DNA of 62,815 bases, filler included, from Chiloscyllium plagiosum (Eukaryota): assembly GCF_004010195.1 (NCBI RefSeq). It is 5 parts of one record of this genome, joined end to end, with 100 filler letters (N's around TTAATTAATTAA, not from the genome) between each part and the next. Parts side by side here need not be neighbours in the genome. Positions count along the whole stretch, not along the records: positions 1 to 26,954 come from NC_057716.1; positions 27,055 to 36,297 come from NC_057716.1; positions 36,398 to 47,012 come from NC_057716.1; 2 more parts are not named here. One strand, 5' to 3'. Made by a program: the position numbers and the translations under genes. The notes under the pieces are model-generated. The model saw only the letters and a list, made by a program, of their open reading frames with translations. It was not told where the DNA came from and made no database searches. This document shows positions 25,651 to 39,338 of this stretch, piece by piece (the first letter of the stretch is position 1; each line of letters starts with the position of its first letter).

Positions 25651-26954
25651 TCGCTGTGGTAAGCAAGAGATTAAATTCTCAAGAGAGGGTGGACAGTCTG
25701 CAAATAGATTCAGAGGGGTAAAGACAATAGATAATAGTTTAGCAGGTGGAATTTAAGATGCTATAACCTGTTATTTCATTAAAAGAAAAAAATGGAAAGC
25801 GAAATGTTACTGAAATGGAGAGGGATTACAGGACTTTATGATACTGTGTATTGGGGGGTTCACTCAGATCCGTTCAGACAGGGGAGGTTTGGCTCCATCC
25901 CTGATCGAATGCTCCCAGACGCTGCAAAGGACCCTATTGCTCTCCGTACACATGGAATACTTTGATGTGGTTGATTGGTGGTGGGGATGGTGTTTTGAAA
26001 CGTGCATCAAGGGGACGGCCTTTATCCAAGATATATTCATTTCTTTCTACGTGGAGGCCCGATGGCGATGAAAATGGCTGACTGCTTCTGAATGAAGAGG
26101 CCGTGATTGCTGCCAGGACTGTGGGTATTCACCAACATGATGTACTGTGCATGGACACACTGTAACATTAATAGAGAGAGCTCCTTCAGTCCTTCTACCT
26201 CTCCCTATTGACATGAGTACGCTGCAGTAAGTCCCCTCTCAGTAACACCTCATACAGCTTCAGCGACACATCTCTTTCAAGTTTGGCAAGCAGTCTAACC
26301 TTGTTAACCAGTCTACCATATAGAACATTTTGTTTTTTTACTGAATTCCATAAAACAACATCCACTGACCTGCCTTCATTAATCATCTTCATCACTTCCT
26401 CAAAAATTTGCACTGAGTCAGTGATACGTGATCTCCAAGGTACAAAGCCTCCTTCAGTCCTTGTCTTTCCAAATGCATACACATCCTTTCGCTGAAAATC
26501 CCCTCCAACAATTTAGTTACCATTGACGTCAGGCTCACCAATCTCTGGTTACCTGTTTTTTCCTTACTTTCTTAAATAATTTTGGCAATATGTGCCAATA
26601 TTGTAGATTTCCACCTTTTCAAGTATGAACAGGCTAATATAGGCTCAATGGCCTTCTTGTATCCCTCTGTAAGAGGCCCACAGGGGCAGAATTGCTTCGT
26701 CCTGTTGCTGAGTAGCAGTCTCAATTCTCTGTCTCAAGGTTATGAAAGGATTTGATAGCAGGGCCCTTAAAACCAGGATAAGCCTCACACTGGTCAATAA
26801 GTATTATACTTTTGGTTCAGATATCTAGAAACTTACGCACCCGACTTTTTTATGCTGCCGATCTGTTATTTTATAACTGCCTCCTTTCATAAACAGAGTG
26901 GAACATATATAGACCCCGGCAGTGTTCTGTTAATACTCTCATATACATATAAAA

Positions 26955-27054
26955 NNNNNNNNNNNNNNNNNNNNNNNNNNNNNNNNNNNNNNNNNNNNTT
27001 AATTAATTAANNNNNNNNNNNNNNNNNNNNNNNNNNNNNNNNNNNNNNNNNNNN
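26955..27054. other. Artificial contig linker N44-TTAATTAATTAA-N44
   Basis: Identical 100-bp spacers lie at 36298-36397, 47013-47112 and 58184-58283. Confidence 0.95.
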
Positions 27055-27420
27055 TTAAGATGTGACTTCATCGAGACGTACAAGATAATCAGAGGGTTGG
27101 ATAGAATGGGCAGTGAGAGTTTTTACCCTCGGATGGTGAAGGCTAACACGAGGAGGCATAGCTTTAAATTGAGGGGTGATAGACATCGGATTGATATTAG
27201 GTATAGTTTCTTCACTCAGAGTGCAATAGGGGCCAGGAATGACCTGCCTGCAACAGTAGTAGAGTCGCCGACATTAAGCACATTTAAATTGGCCATGGGT
27301 AGACATATGCATAATAATGGAACGGTGTAGTTTAAATGTGAATCAGATTATTTGCACCATTCGGTGGCATTGAGTGCCGAAGGGCCTTTACTCCGCTGTA
27401 ACTTTCTTTTTTCTATGAGT
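27055..27420 (+). mobile_element. CR1 3' end
   Basis: Gives MDRMGSESFYPR...TRRHSFKLRG...FFTQ...FKLAMGRH followed by the 3' UTR. Confidence 0.8.
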
Positions 27421-28286
27421 GTCGGCCCGGTGCAGTCTGGAGACTGGGCCTGGTGCAGTCTGGAGACTGGGCCCAGTGCTGTCTGGATACTTGTTGCTGG
27501 CACAGACTGGTTTGTTATTCGAGTCAGTTCTCTCTTTCAGTTTTATTTCTCTGCTGGACTTTCGTTTATTATTCTTTCAATTTTGTACCAAATACTTAAG
27601 AATCTACACTTAGATTTCTTGTACCTGTGATAGCGCGTAAGTGAAGTCATTGCAAACTTTCCACTGCAATCATTAAACTGCACGTGACAATGAAGCCAAT
27701 TCAATTCAAATGTGAGAGAGTCACTGTCTTTGATGCTCCTTCCAAACAAACCTGCTGCTTGTGCAGTGACATGGAGCGTCCGGAGAGAATTTTATGACTT
27801 TATTTTAAACACAAGAGGGAGGGGCAGACAGCGAGAGAGTGAGGGGAAACATTTTGATTCCCATTTCAATGGATTTACTCCCAAAGAACAAAAACCCAAA
27901 TGCTCAGAAACGCAGATGCAGAGATACATACATCAATACACTGAAGCACATATGCACGTGCGTGCGCGCACACACACAAACCATATTCGCGCAGATCCAT
28001 TGAGATATTCAGCCCTTCATGCCTGTCTTGACATTCCGTGGCTGATCCTATCATGGCCTCTCCTTTATTTCCTCCTTTGAAATAAGGCAGGGGAAGTGGC
28101 TTTAATGTGAGAATGAGGGCATTTTGGGAGCTGTGAATATAATGCTGTTAGTTTGATAATAATCCTGCAAAAGAATATGCCTACTCGATAAGTTTACATT
28201 ATAACTTGTGGCAAGACCAATTGTGATGGAAATGGGCAAAAACTTTCAAAAGATGATTGGGGGAAGCTGTTGAAGGTGAAAGGACG

Positions 28287-29263
28287 TCAGTGAAGTGGAG
28301 TTCCGCAGGGATCAGTTCTGGGTCCTCTGCTGTTTGTAATTTTTATTAATGACTTAGATGAGGGAGTCGAAGGGTGGGTCAGTAAATTTGCAGATGATAC
28401 GAAGATAGGTGGAGTTGTGGACAGTGAGGAGGGCTGTTGTCGGCTGCAGAGGGACTTAGATATGATGCAGAGCTGGGCTGAGGAGTGGCAGATGGAGTTC
28501 AACCCTGCCAAGTGTGAGGTTGTCCATTTTGGAAGAACAAATAAGAATGCGGAATACAGGGTTAATGGTAGGGTTCTTAGTCAGGTGGAGGAACAGAGGG
28601 ATCTTGGGGTCTATGTACATAGATCTTTGAAGGTTGCCACTCAGGTGGATAGAGTTTGTAAGAAGGCCTATGGAGTATTATCGTTCATTAGCAGAGGGAT
28701 TGAATTCAAGAGTTGTGAAGTGATGTTGCAACTGTACAGGACTTTGTTTAGGCCACATTTGGAGTACTGTGTGCATTTCTGGTCGCCTCACTTTAGGAAA
28801 GATGTGGGAGCTTTGGAGAGGGTGCAGAGAAGATTTACCAGGATGTTGCCTGGAATGGAGAATAGGTCGTACGAGGATAGGTTGAGAGTGCTAGGCCTTT
28901 TCTCGTTGGAACGGCGAAGGATGAGGGGTGACTTGATAGAGGTTTATAAGATGATCAGAGGAATAGATAGAGTAGACAGTCAGAAACTTTTTTCCCTGGG
29001 TACAACAGAGTGTTACAAGGGGACATAAATTTAAGGTGAAGGGTGGAAGGTATGGGGGGATGTCAGGGGTAGTAACCTTTACTCAGAGAGTGGTGGGGCA
29101 TGGAATGCCCTGCCTGTGGGAGGAGCAGAATCAGAATCATTGGTGACCTTTAAGAGGCAATTGGATAGGTACATGGATGGGTGCTTAAGCTAGGACAAAT
29201 GTTCGGCACAACATCATGGGCCGAAGGGCCTGTTCTGTGATGTATTGTTCTATGTTCTATGTT
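28287..29263 (+). mobile_element. Young 5'-truncated CR1 LINE (RT C-terminal half and 3' UTR)
   Basis: Gives SGVPQGSVLGPLLFVIFINDLD...SKFADDTKIGG followed by ORF 28417-29028. It ends in a (tgttcta)n tail. Confidence 0.95.
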
Positions 29264-29683
29264 CGGAAGGAGCATATGTCAGGTAAACAGAGCTGCGATC
29301 GAGTGAATCCCGAGAGGAATACAAGGGCAGTAAGTGCATAGTCAACGGGGAAATCGGGCCAGAAAAAATGTGTCCATAAGATGGCTTTAGAAATAGGGTT
29401 AACGAGGCATTGAAGAAATTCTACACATCCTTTAATGGCAAAAGATTAACTAGGGAGAGAATAGTGCATCTTTAAGATCAGTCAGGCTACCTTTGTATGG
29501 AACCACAGGAGATTGGAGGGTCAAAACAAGTATTTCTCCTCAGTATTTAATGTGGAGAAGGTTACAAGAGCGAGAGAATGAAGAAATATATTGTGATACC
29601 TTGAAACGTACCTATATTACAAGGAGGTGTTGGACATTTTTAAACACATAACGGTGAACAAATCCCTGGGACATGATCAGTTG

Positions 29684-30741
29684 TTCAAAGTTTGTGCGAA
29701 GATTTGTAGCTCGGGTGCTCATTGTTGTGGTTCTGTTCGCCGAGCTGGAAGTTTTTGTTGCAATCGTTTCGCCCCCTGGCTAGGCGACATCATCAGTGCT
29801 TGGGAGCCTCCTGCGAAGCGCTTCTTTGATGTTTCCTCCGGTGTTTATCGTGGTCTGTCCCTGCCGCTTCCGGTTGTCAGTTTCAGCTGTCCGCTACAAC
29901 TTGAGCAGTTCATTGCCTGGAGACAAAAACAAATTTAAATTCGGCCAATTAGATTAAATTATACCCCAATCAAAATGCCAATTTCTAATCAGGTTTTAAT
30001 TGAGTATATTGACAATCTTAAAAGCCAGTGGTACAATCTGATGGTCTGGTGTATAAGACCGGGCAAATTGAACAGTTGAGAGGAGAAGCACCAATCTTAG
30101 CATGTAGACTGCTTGAAAAAATATATCTCTCTTAAAAGTCCCTTTTCTATCAGTAACTTGTAAAGCAGAAATTCCTAACAAGGAGAAAAAAAGATACAGG
30201 AACATTCAAAGACAAGAACCAAAAGCTGCCTGGTTTTGAGATAAGAAGTATTGTTTTGTACATTTTAATTGGGAGATTTATCGGACTAGTATTATAGAAC
30301 AGAAGGTAAAATATAGGTTAGAGAAATAAATTGTATACAGTGGTTAGTTAATTATTTTCTGTTATACTTTAAACCATCACGTCTAGGAATGGGAGTTGGC
30401 TATCCTTTTCTTCTTCTCTCGTGAATCGGTTTCCTGTGAGCGTGGCGTTGATGATCCGGTGTGTGTTTTCTATTTCCGTGTTTTTAAATGATTACAAACG
30501 TGTCATCGACATATCTGACCCAGAAGAAGATGTGGTCAAAGGCTGACAGAGCGGATGGCTTCAGGTAGGAGGATGTCAGCTAGATCAGAGCCTAAAGTAA
30601 GTGTGTCTTATTGTAGCAGGCAGATGTGTCAATTTTGAGGAATACACGCCTTAAAGGAGTACACACAAAAATGATGTCGCCTAGCCAGGGGACGAAACGT
30701 TTGCAACAAAAACATCTAGCTCGGCGAACAGAACAACAACA
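29684..30741 (-). mobile_element. Composite Penelope insertion with TSD (a)tgatcagttg
   Basis: The TSD lies at 29673-29683 and 30742-30752. The insert contains a minus pLTR, a foreign segment, an RT piece (WVRYVDDTFVII...QLPFLDVMV, minus, 30371-30523) and a plus pLTR stub. Confidence 0.88.
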
Positions 30742-31539
30742 ATGATCAGTTGTATGCCAGATGCTTGTGGGAAGCTAGGAAAGAGATTGCTCAGCATTTT
30801 GCTGAAAAAATTGTGACATTGATTTCCACAGCTGCGGTGTCAAAAGACTGGAGGGCTGCTAATGTCGTGTCATTATTTAAAATAGTAAGGAAAAAACGGC
30901 TAAGTATAGATCAGTGAGCCTGACGTCACTCGTGACTAAATTGTTGGAGGAGATTTTGTGGGAAAGGATGTATATGCATTTGGAAAGACAAGGACTGAAG
31001 AGGGCTTTGTGCATTGGAGATCACATCTCACTGACTCGATGGAATCTTTTTAAGGAAGGGATGAAGATGATTGATGAAGGCAGGACAGTGGATGAAGGCA
31101 GGACAGTGGAATTCATGAAGAAACCCAAACTGTTCTACGTGGTAGACTGGTTAGCAAGGTTAGACTGCCTGGGATCCAGGGAGAGCTCGCCTGTTAGATC
31201 CCAAATTTTCTTGAATATTGGAAACTTGGAGACCTGTGACCAGTGGCGTGCCGCAAAGATCAATACTGGGCCCACTGCCTTTTGTCACTTACATAAATCA
31301 TTTGCATTTGAGTATATGAAGTACAGTCAGTAAGTTTGTTGATAATACCAAATTTGGTGGTGTACTCGACAATGAAGAATGATCTCTCAGACTGTAATGG
31401 GACTTTGCTTAGGTGAGCCGAGGAGTGGCAGATGGAGTTTATTTTAGTTAAATGTGAAGCGTTGCATTTTGGCAAGACAAATCAAGGCAAGACATGTAGG
31501 TAGGGCCCTGTGGAAAGCTGCCAATCAAGGAGAACGCCA

Positions 31540-31900
31540 TAGATATTATTGCCTCCCTACAGTGAGGAAAGAGCCTATTTAGCCCATCGAGGCCACACCG
31601 ACCCTCTAAACAGTATCCCACTGGAGAAACCCCTTCCAAATCCCACTGGGCCTGCATTTTCCATGGCTAATCCACCTCTCCTACATATCCCTGGGTAATT
31701 TACGCAATTTAGCATGGCCAATCTATCGTTATATGTATGTCTTTATACTGTCAGAGCAAAACATAACATCCGGAGGAAACTCATGCAGACACGGGGAGAA
31801 TGTGCAAACTCCACACAGGCAGTCATTCAAGGATGGAGTTAAACCAGATCGCTCCGCTCTGGAGCAGCAATGCTAGTCACTGAGCTACTGTGTCACCTTG
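31540..31900 (-). mobile_element. HE1-type V-SINE
   Basis: Reverse complement of the 3341-3700 element at the same CR1 site. Confidence 0.85.
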
Positions 31901-33393
31901 TGGTTCAGGTTCACCGTTCCTTGAAAGGGCTGTCACAGGTAGACAGCTCAGTGAAGAAGGCACTTGGTGATCTTCCCTTTATTGGTGCATGCTTTGAGTC
32001 TAAACATTTGCATTACATGTTGCACCTGTACGGGACATTGGTTTGGCTACTTTTGTAATATTGCCTTTAATTGTGGTCACCCTGCTGTCGGAAAGATGAG
32101 TGCAGAAGAGATTTAAAAGAACGTTGTAGGTGTTGGAGGGTGAGAGTTACAAGGTGAGTTTGAATAGGCTGGGATTATTTTCAAGTGTTGAGGCTGAGAG
32201 GCGACCTTAAAGACATTTATAAAATCATGAGGGCCATAGATAAGGTAAACAGTCAATGTCTTTTACCCAGGATTGGCAAGTCCAAAATTAGTTTAAGGGG
32301 AGAGGGGAAAGATGTAAATAGGGACATTTTCACACAGAGACTGCTGTGTGTATGGATTGAACAGCCAAAAGGGGTAATGGAGGCAGGTACAGTTACACCA
32401 TTTAAAAGGCATTTGGACGGATTCATGCTTGGCAAGTGTTTAGAGGGAGATGGGCCAAGTGCTGGCAAGGGGGACGAGATTTATGTAGGATATTTGGTCG
32501 GTATGGACGATCAGACTGAAAGGTCTTTTTCCGTACTGTACATCTCTGAGACTCAATTGCCTCTTGAGTGTATAACATAGGAACAGGAGGAGGCTCTTCA
32601 GCTTCTGAATTCTGTCAGTCAACTTGTTTGCTCAATTGCTGAGAGTAAAATACAAAAAATACATCATTCAGATTTTGATGATGTTTTGCAGAAACAGGAG
32701 AAAGGCTTTTAGTCAAGAGCATCTGTAAGGAAAGTGAAGAGGCCATTCAGTCCCACCAATCCATTCCACAGGAGCTGCAGGTGAGCACAGAGCTATTGAA
32801 GCCTGTTACACAGGAACAGGTGGAGGACATGGATTTTCACAAACCTTGGATCAGGAGGTAGTCACTCAGCTGCTCAAGATTGGGACACAGGAACAGGAGC
32901 CAGTCATTCAACTGCTTGATACTGGGACACAGGGACAGGAGGGAGTCGCTCAGTGCTCGAAACTGGGGCACAGGGAAGTCTGAACGTTAGTGAGGCCCCA
33001 GATTCCTGTTACACAAGGACAGAAGGAGGTGACTCACTCCCCACCAGTATGGGACACGAGTAGAGAAGGGGAGTTTGCTTGGAACAAACAGAAGTATATG
33101 AACAAATTGCATTAGTAGCCCATTCAATCCTGCCTCAACATTCACTAAGACCACGACTGATCTGATGGTGATTCCATCATTCTATTTTACGGAGATTGTC
33201 CTCTCTGCAGCTTCTGCTCCATTAGTTGGTTATGTTGCAGACTCAGATGCTGTAACATCAGCACCATCCATCATCCATAGGGATTGGTCTAACCGGATGA
33301 GTTGAGATTTGAAGAGTACAATCACAAGAATTAAAACACAAAACAAAGGCATTGCTAGATGTTTAGTTCTCTCACATTCGCATCCAACTCACA

Positions 33394-33744
33394 TAACCAG
33401 CCCATCAATTACATATTCAGGATGGAGCACTGTGTATGTCCAGCTAGTGTACAGCTCTATGCAACCCAGCAATGTCCAGAGTGAAACTCTGCGCAGCCCA
33501 TACCAATGCTTGATCTATATTCCTGGCTAAATGTCCAGCATGGGGAGCTGTGCAGTCCGCACCGGTTCATTCATATATAAACCCAGGCTGTTGCATTGTT
33601 TGGTAACACTATGTTAGATTACTGCCCAGTGTGGAGAAACATGAAACCAATGCTGAAAGTGACAGAATGTGCAGTTCCCATCCATTTACAGCTCCATATC
33701 TCCACTGTGTTTTGACAACGGATGCTGCGAATGTGAAAGTCACT
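33394..33744 (-). pseudogene. Putative Ig V-like relic, copy 3 (inverted)
   Basis: Reverse complement of 1538-1888 with splice-like signals and CACAGTG retained. Confidence 0.3.
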
Positions 33745-33799
33745 GCAAGGAAGAGATGTAAATGGAAACAATTTAAATACCAATAGTTCTGATTAAGGC

Positions 33800-36297
33800 G
33801 TGTATCACTTTAGTATTTAAAGATGAAATAACTGAGATAATATCCAATGAGATTTTGTAAATGATGCAAACAAGTAAGCGGGGGTGGTGATGTTATAATT
33901 GTTGTACTATAAGCCTCCAAATAATCAATGGGAATTAGAAGAACAAATATGCAGGGAGACTGGCGAGACTTGCAGGAGCAATAGGGTTGTCATAATAGGT
34001 GATTTTAATTATCCTAACATAGACTGGGACTTCCAGATGGTTCAGAACTTAGATGGAACGTAATTTGTTAAGTGTGTTCAGGAAAGCTTCCACAAGCAGC
34101 ATGTAGATGGTCCTACTCGGGAAGGGACAAACTCGACCTACTGTTGGGAAATAGGGATGGATAGGTGACGGAGATAAAGTGGGGGAGCATTTTGGGAAAA
34201 GTGACCAGAGCTGTATTAATGTTAAAATAGGTATGGTAAGGACAAAATTGGTCCACAGATTCAAGTTCTAAATTGGGGCAAGTCGAATTTTGTTCGAATT
34301 AGACAGGGGATTGCAGGGCTTGATTAGAGTAGTGTGTTTCCAGGTAAAATGATCCCGGGAAAGTGGGAGGGCTTCAACAGTGAGATAGCTCGAGTTCAAG
34401 GATTATATGTTCCTGTGAGGGTGAAGGGAAAGTAAGGCTGGAAGAGAGAACCCTGGATGACAAGAGATATTGAGGCTCTGACCAGCAAACAAAAAGAGAC
34501 ATTGCTCAGGTACAGGCAGCTGGGACCAAGGGAATCTCTGGAGTTACACAGGGGATACAGGAGTTCACTGAAAAAGGAAATCAGCAGGGCTAAAGTGGGG
34601 TATAAGATAGCCTTTGCTGAGCAGATTAGGGTGAAACCAAATTCAGTATAGTAAAGAAAAAGAACAACTAGAGAGAGATAGTACGCCTTAAAATCCAAAG
34701 TAGGCATGCATGTGTAAAACCTCAAGAGATGGGTGAGGTCCTCAATTTCCCCTCTGTGTTTAACATAAAGAAAGACATGAAGACCTGTGACCTTTGGGAG
34801 GTTAGTTGTGAAATCTTGGGACAGTCCATATCACAGTAGAGGTGCTGTTGGACATTTTAGAATGCATAAAGTCAAATAAATCTCTTGGTCCTGACCAGAT
34901 ATATCTAAGAGCACTGCACGAGGCGAGAGAAGATAGTTCAGGGGTAAGGTCCTGGAAGATTGGACAGTAGCAAATGTAGTGCCCTTATTCAGAAGGTCTG
35001 CAAAGAAAAGCCTGGGAAATATAGACCAGTAAACTTCACATCTGTTTCGGAAACCACTTGAGAACGTTCGGAGATATAAGATATGCATGTATTTGGAAAG
35101 ACAGAGTTTGACTTGGAGCAGTCAGCATAGCTTTGTGCCTGGCAGATCATGCCTGACAAATTTTGATAGAGTTTTTGAGGGAGTGACCAGGAAGGTTGAC
35201 GAGCGCAGGGTGGTAGACATATTCTATATAGATTTCAGTAAGGCCTTTGATAAGGTTTCACATGGTAGGCCGCTCTGGAAGGTTAGATTACATGGACTCC
35301 AATGTAAACGGGCAAATTGGCGACACAGTTAGCTTGACGTTATGAAGTAAATGGCTGTGGTGGAGCTATGCTTGTCGGACTGGAGGTCTGTGACTAGTGG
35401 AGTGCCTCAGTGATCGGTCCTGGGACCATTGTTGTTTGTTATCTATATCAATGATTTGACCAGAGTGCACAACGCAACGTTAGTAAATTTGCAGATGACA
35501 CTAAATTAGGATACATCATTTACAGTGAGGAACATTATCAGACATTGCAGCAGTACCCTGATCAGCTGAGGAAGTGAGCTGAGAAATAGCAAATGGAGTT
35601 TAATATAGATAAGTGTCTTGCATTTAGGAAAGTCAAATCCAGGTAGGAATTTAATGACGAATGATAGTGCCTTAAGGCGTGTAGTGCAACAAAATGACGT
35701 TGGAGATCAGGTGCACAGTTGTCTGAAATTTGAGTCACAGATACAAAGGACAGTGAAGAAGGCTGTTGGCACATTGGCCTTCTTCAACGCATTGAGTATA
35801 GATGTTGGGACGTTATGTTGCAGTTGTATAGGATGTTGGTAAGGCTGTATTGGAGTATTGTGTTCAGTTTTGTTCAGCTTGCTCTAGAAAGGATATTATT
35901 GAACAAGAAAGTACCTAGAACAAATTTCCAAAATGTTCCCTGGGCTAAAGGCTCTAAGTTATAGGCAGAGGTTGGACAGGTTAGAACTTTTTTCTTTACA
36001 GTGCAGGAAACCGAGGGGGTTCTTATCGAAGTGTAGCCCTTATGAAATCCTGAGAGGTGTGCATGGGGTGAATACTTCAAAATTCTTTCCCAAGGTTGTG
36101 GAATCGAGGTCGAGAGGACATCCATTAATGTTTGGAAAGGATAAAAAATGTAAAAAGGAAACTGAGGGGCAACTTTTTTCCATAGAGTGTGGCACACATA
36201 TGGCCTGAGCTGTCAGTGGAAGTGATTAAGGTGGGTACAATAACAACATTGAAAAGACATTTGGACAAATGCACAGATAGGAAAGGATTAGCGGGAA
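33800..36297 (+). mobile_element. Long degenerate CR1 ORF2
   Basis: APE motif IIGDFNYPNIDW. RT motifs SQHSFVPGRSCLTN, DFSKAFDKVSHG and KFADDTK. Confidence 0.9.
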
Positions 36298-36397
36298 NNN
36301 NNNNNNNNNNNNNNNNNNNNNNNNNNNNNNNNNNNNNNNNNTTAATTAATTAANNNNNNNNNNNNNNNNNNNNNNNNNNNNNNNNNNNNNNNNNNNN

Positions 36398-38770
36398 CTA
36401 ACATAGACTGGGACTTACAGAGGGTTAAGAACTGAGATGGAACGTAATTTGTTAAGTGCGTTCAGAAAGGCTTCCACACGCAGCATGGAGAGGATCCTAC
36501 TCGGGAAGGGAAAATCTCAACCTACTGTTGGGAAATAGGGCAGGATATGTGACGGAGGTAAAGTGGGGGAGCTTTTTGGGAAAAGTGACTCGAGCTGTAT
36601 TAATTTTAAAATAGTTATGGTCGGGGCAAAATTAGTCCACAGATCCAAGATAAGGCATAATTTGTTGGAATTAGACAGGGGATTGCAGGGGTTGATAGGA
36701 GTAGTTTGTTTCCAGGTAAAAGGATCCCGGGCAAGTGGGAGGGCTTCAAAAGTGAGATAGCTCGAGGTCAAGGTTTATATGTTGCTGTGAGGGTGAAGGG
36801 AAAGTGAGGCTGGAAAAGAGAACCCTGGAGATATTGAGGCTCTGACCAGAAAAAAAAGGAGGCGTTGCTTCGGTACAGGTAGCTGGGATCAAGGGAATCT
36901 CTGGAGGTGCGCAGGGGATACAGGAGTTTACTGAACAAGGAAATCAGCAGGGCGAAAGTGGGGTATGAGATAGCCTTGGCTGAGCAGAATAGACTGAATC
37001 CAAATTCAGTATAGTAAAGAAAAAGAATAACTAGAGAGAGAATAGGACGTCTTAAAATCCAAAATAGGCATACAAGTGTAAAACCTCAAGAGATGGGTGA
37101 GGTCCTCAGTTCCCCCTTCTTTGTTTATCATGAAGAAAGACTTGAAGACCTGTGACCTTTGGGAGGTTAATTGTCATATCGTAGTACAGTACCTATCACA
37201 ATAGAATTGCTGTTGGACATATTAGAATGCATAAAGTCAGATAAATCTCTTGGTCCTGACCAGATATATCTAAGAGCACTGCAAGAGGCAAGAGTAGACC
37301 GTTCAGGGGCCAAGGACCCGGAAGACAAGGCAGTTGAAAATGTGCCCTCATTTAGAAGGGCTCCAAATAAATGCCTGGGAAATATAGACCAGTAAGCTTC
37401 ACATCTGTTTCCGGAAACCGCTTGAGAATATTCCGAGATATAAGATATGCATGCATTTGGAAAGACAGAGTTTGTCATGGAGCAGTCAACATCGCTTTGT
37501 GCGTGGCAGATCATACCTTACAAATTTTGATAGTGTGTTTTGAGGAAGTGACCAGGAAGTTTGACGAGGGCAGGGTGGTGGATATAATCTGTATGGATTT
37601 CAGTCAGGCCTTTGATAAGGTTCCACATGGCAGGCCGCTCTAGAAGGTTAGATCGCATGGACTCCAAGGTAAACTGGCAAATTGGCGACACAATTGGCTT
37701 GACATTATGAAGGAAATGGCTATGGTGGAGGTATGCCTGTCGGACTGGAGGCCTGTGACTAGTGGAGTGCCTCAGAGGTCGGCACTGGGCCCATTGCTGT
37801 TTGTTATCTATATCAAGGATTTGGACCAGAGTGCACAACGCAAGGTTAGTAAGTTTGCAGGTATCACTAAAGTAGGCGACATCGTCTACAGTGAGGAACA
37901 TTGTCAGAAATTGCAGCAGTACCTTGACCAGCTGGGGAAGTGGGCTGAGAAATGGCAAATGGAATTTAGTATAGATAAGTGTGACGTCTTGCATTTTGGA
38001 AAGTCAAATCCAGGTAGGAGTTTAATGATGAATGAGAGGATCTTAAGGAGTGTAGTGGAACAAAAGGACATTGGAGATCAGGTGCATAGTTATCTTAAAT
38101 TTGTCACAGATATACAGGACAGTGAAAAAGACTGTTGACACACTGGCCTACATCAGGGTATTGAGTACAGAAGTTGGGAGATTATGTTGCAGTTGTACAG
38201 GATATTGGTAAGGCTGCAGTTGGAGTTTTGTGTTCAGTTTTGTTCACCTTGCTCTAGAAATGATATTATTGAACTAGAAAGAATGTAGAATAAATTTACC
38301 AATATGTTTCCTTGGCTAAAGGCTCTAAGTTATAGTCAGAGGTTGGACAGGTTAGAACTTATTTCTCTACAGCGTAGGAAACTGAGGGGGTTCTTATAGA
38401 AGTGTAGCTCTTATAAAATCATGAGAGGCGTGCATGTGGTGAATACTTCAATTTTTTTCCCAAGGTTGAGAAATCGAGGACTAGAGAACATCCATTAATG
38501 TTTGGAAAGGGAAAAAATAAAAAGGAACCTGAGGGGCAATTTTTTTACATAGAGTGTGGTACGCATACGGACTGAGCTGTCAGTGGAACTGATTGAGGTG
38601 GGTACAATAACAACATTGAAAAGGCATTTGGACAAATACACAGATAGGAAAGGATTAGAAGGATACAGAACAAGGGCAGGGAAATGGGCTGAGTGTGGAT
38701 GGACATTTTGGTTGGTATGGACCAGCTGGGCCAAATGGCCAGTCATACTGAAAGTCTCGTGCAGTATGAC
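36398..38770 (+). mobile_element. Degenerate CR1 ORF2, paralog of 34014-36297
   Basis: Collinear with shared deletions. Gives DFSQAFDKVPHG and WRPVTSGVPQ...LGPLLFVIYI. Confidence 0.9.
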
Positions 38771-39338
38771 TGTAAATGAGTGTGTTTTGGGGTGGAGCCG
38801 GGGGCAGAGAGAGAAAAGAAATGCAATGGAGGGATATGTTCACAGTATTCAGAATGCTGAAATGAAGACATTTCGAAATGTCATGCACAACGGGTCAGTA
38901 ATTTGAAGAAGTATGAGTGAAAGGGATAGTGCTGTGAGTTCACTCGATGGAGAGTTTTGGATGAGCATGTGTTGTGCAGCTTCGTAACTGGGATTGAGGA
39001 CAGTAGGGTCTTCGCCTCACAGGGCTCGATCTAACAAAAAAACTGTCTTAGTGACATTTTCATTAAGTGTGACAGAGAGGTTGTCTGCACGAGACCGAGC
39101 TAGTTTCCTGGTGCTATCTTACCAAACTTATCTCATCACCTACCCACCCCACCCCATGGTGTCCCTCTCATTCAAAGCCAGTCTGATTCCCCCACCCATC
39201 ATGACTGAAGGTACACAAAGTCGCCCGGATGCCCCTGGATATTGGGTGATCCCTGACACCGGTGCCATCTTTAAAACGTCAATGGGCACACGTTTGCGCT
39301 TTCTCAGTTTGGAGCTGCCCTCCACATTTTCCCCAAGC

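Larger units (their letters stand above)
29264..32560 (+). mobile_element. CR1 LINE, inverted paralog of 2660-4900, interrupted by a Penelope composite and a SINE
   Basis: Reverse-complement collinearity and CR1 RT motifs in ORF 30914-31333. Confidence 0.88.
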
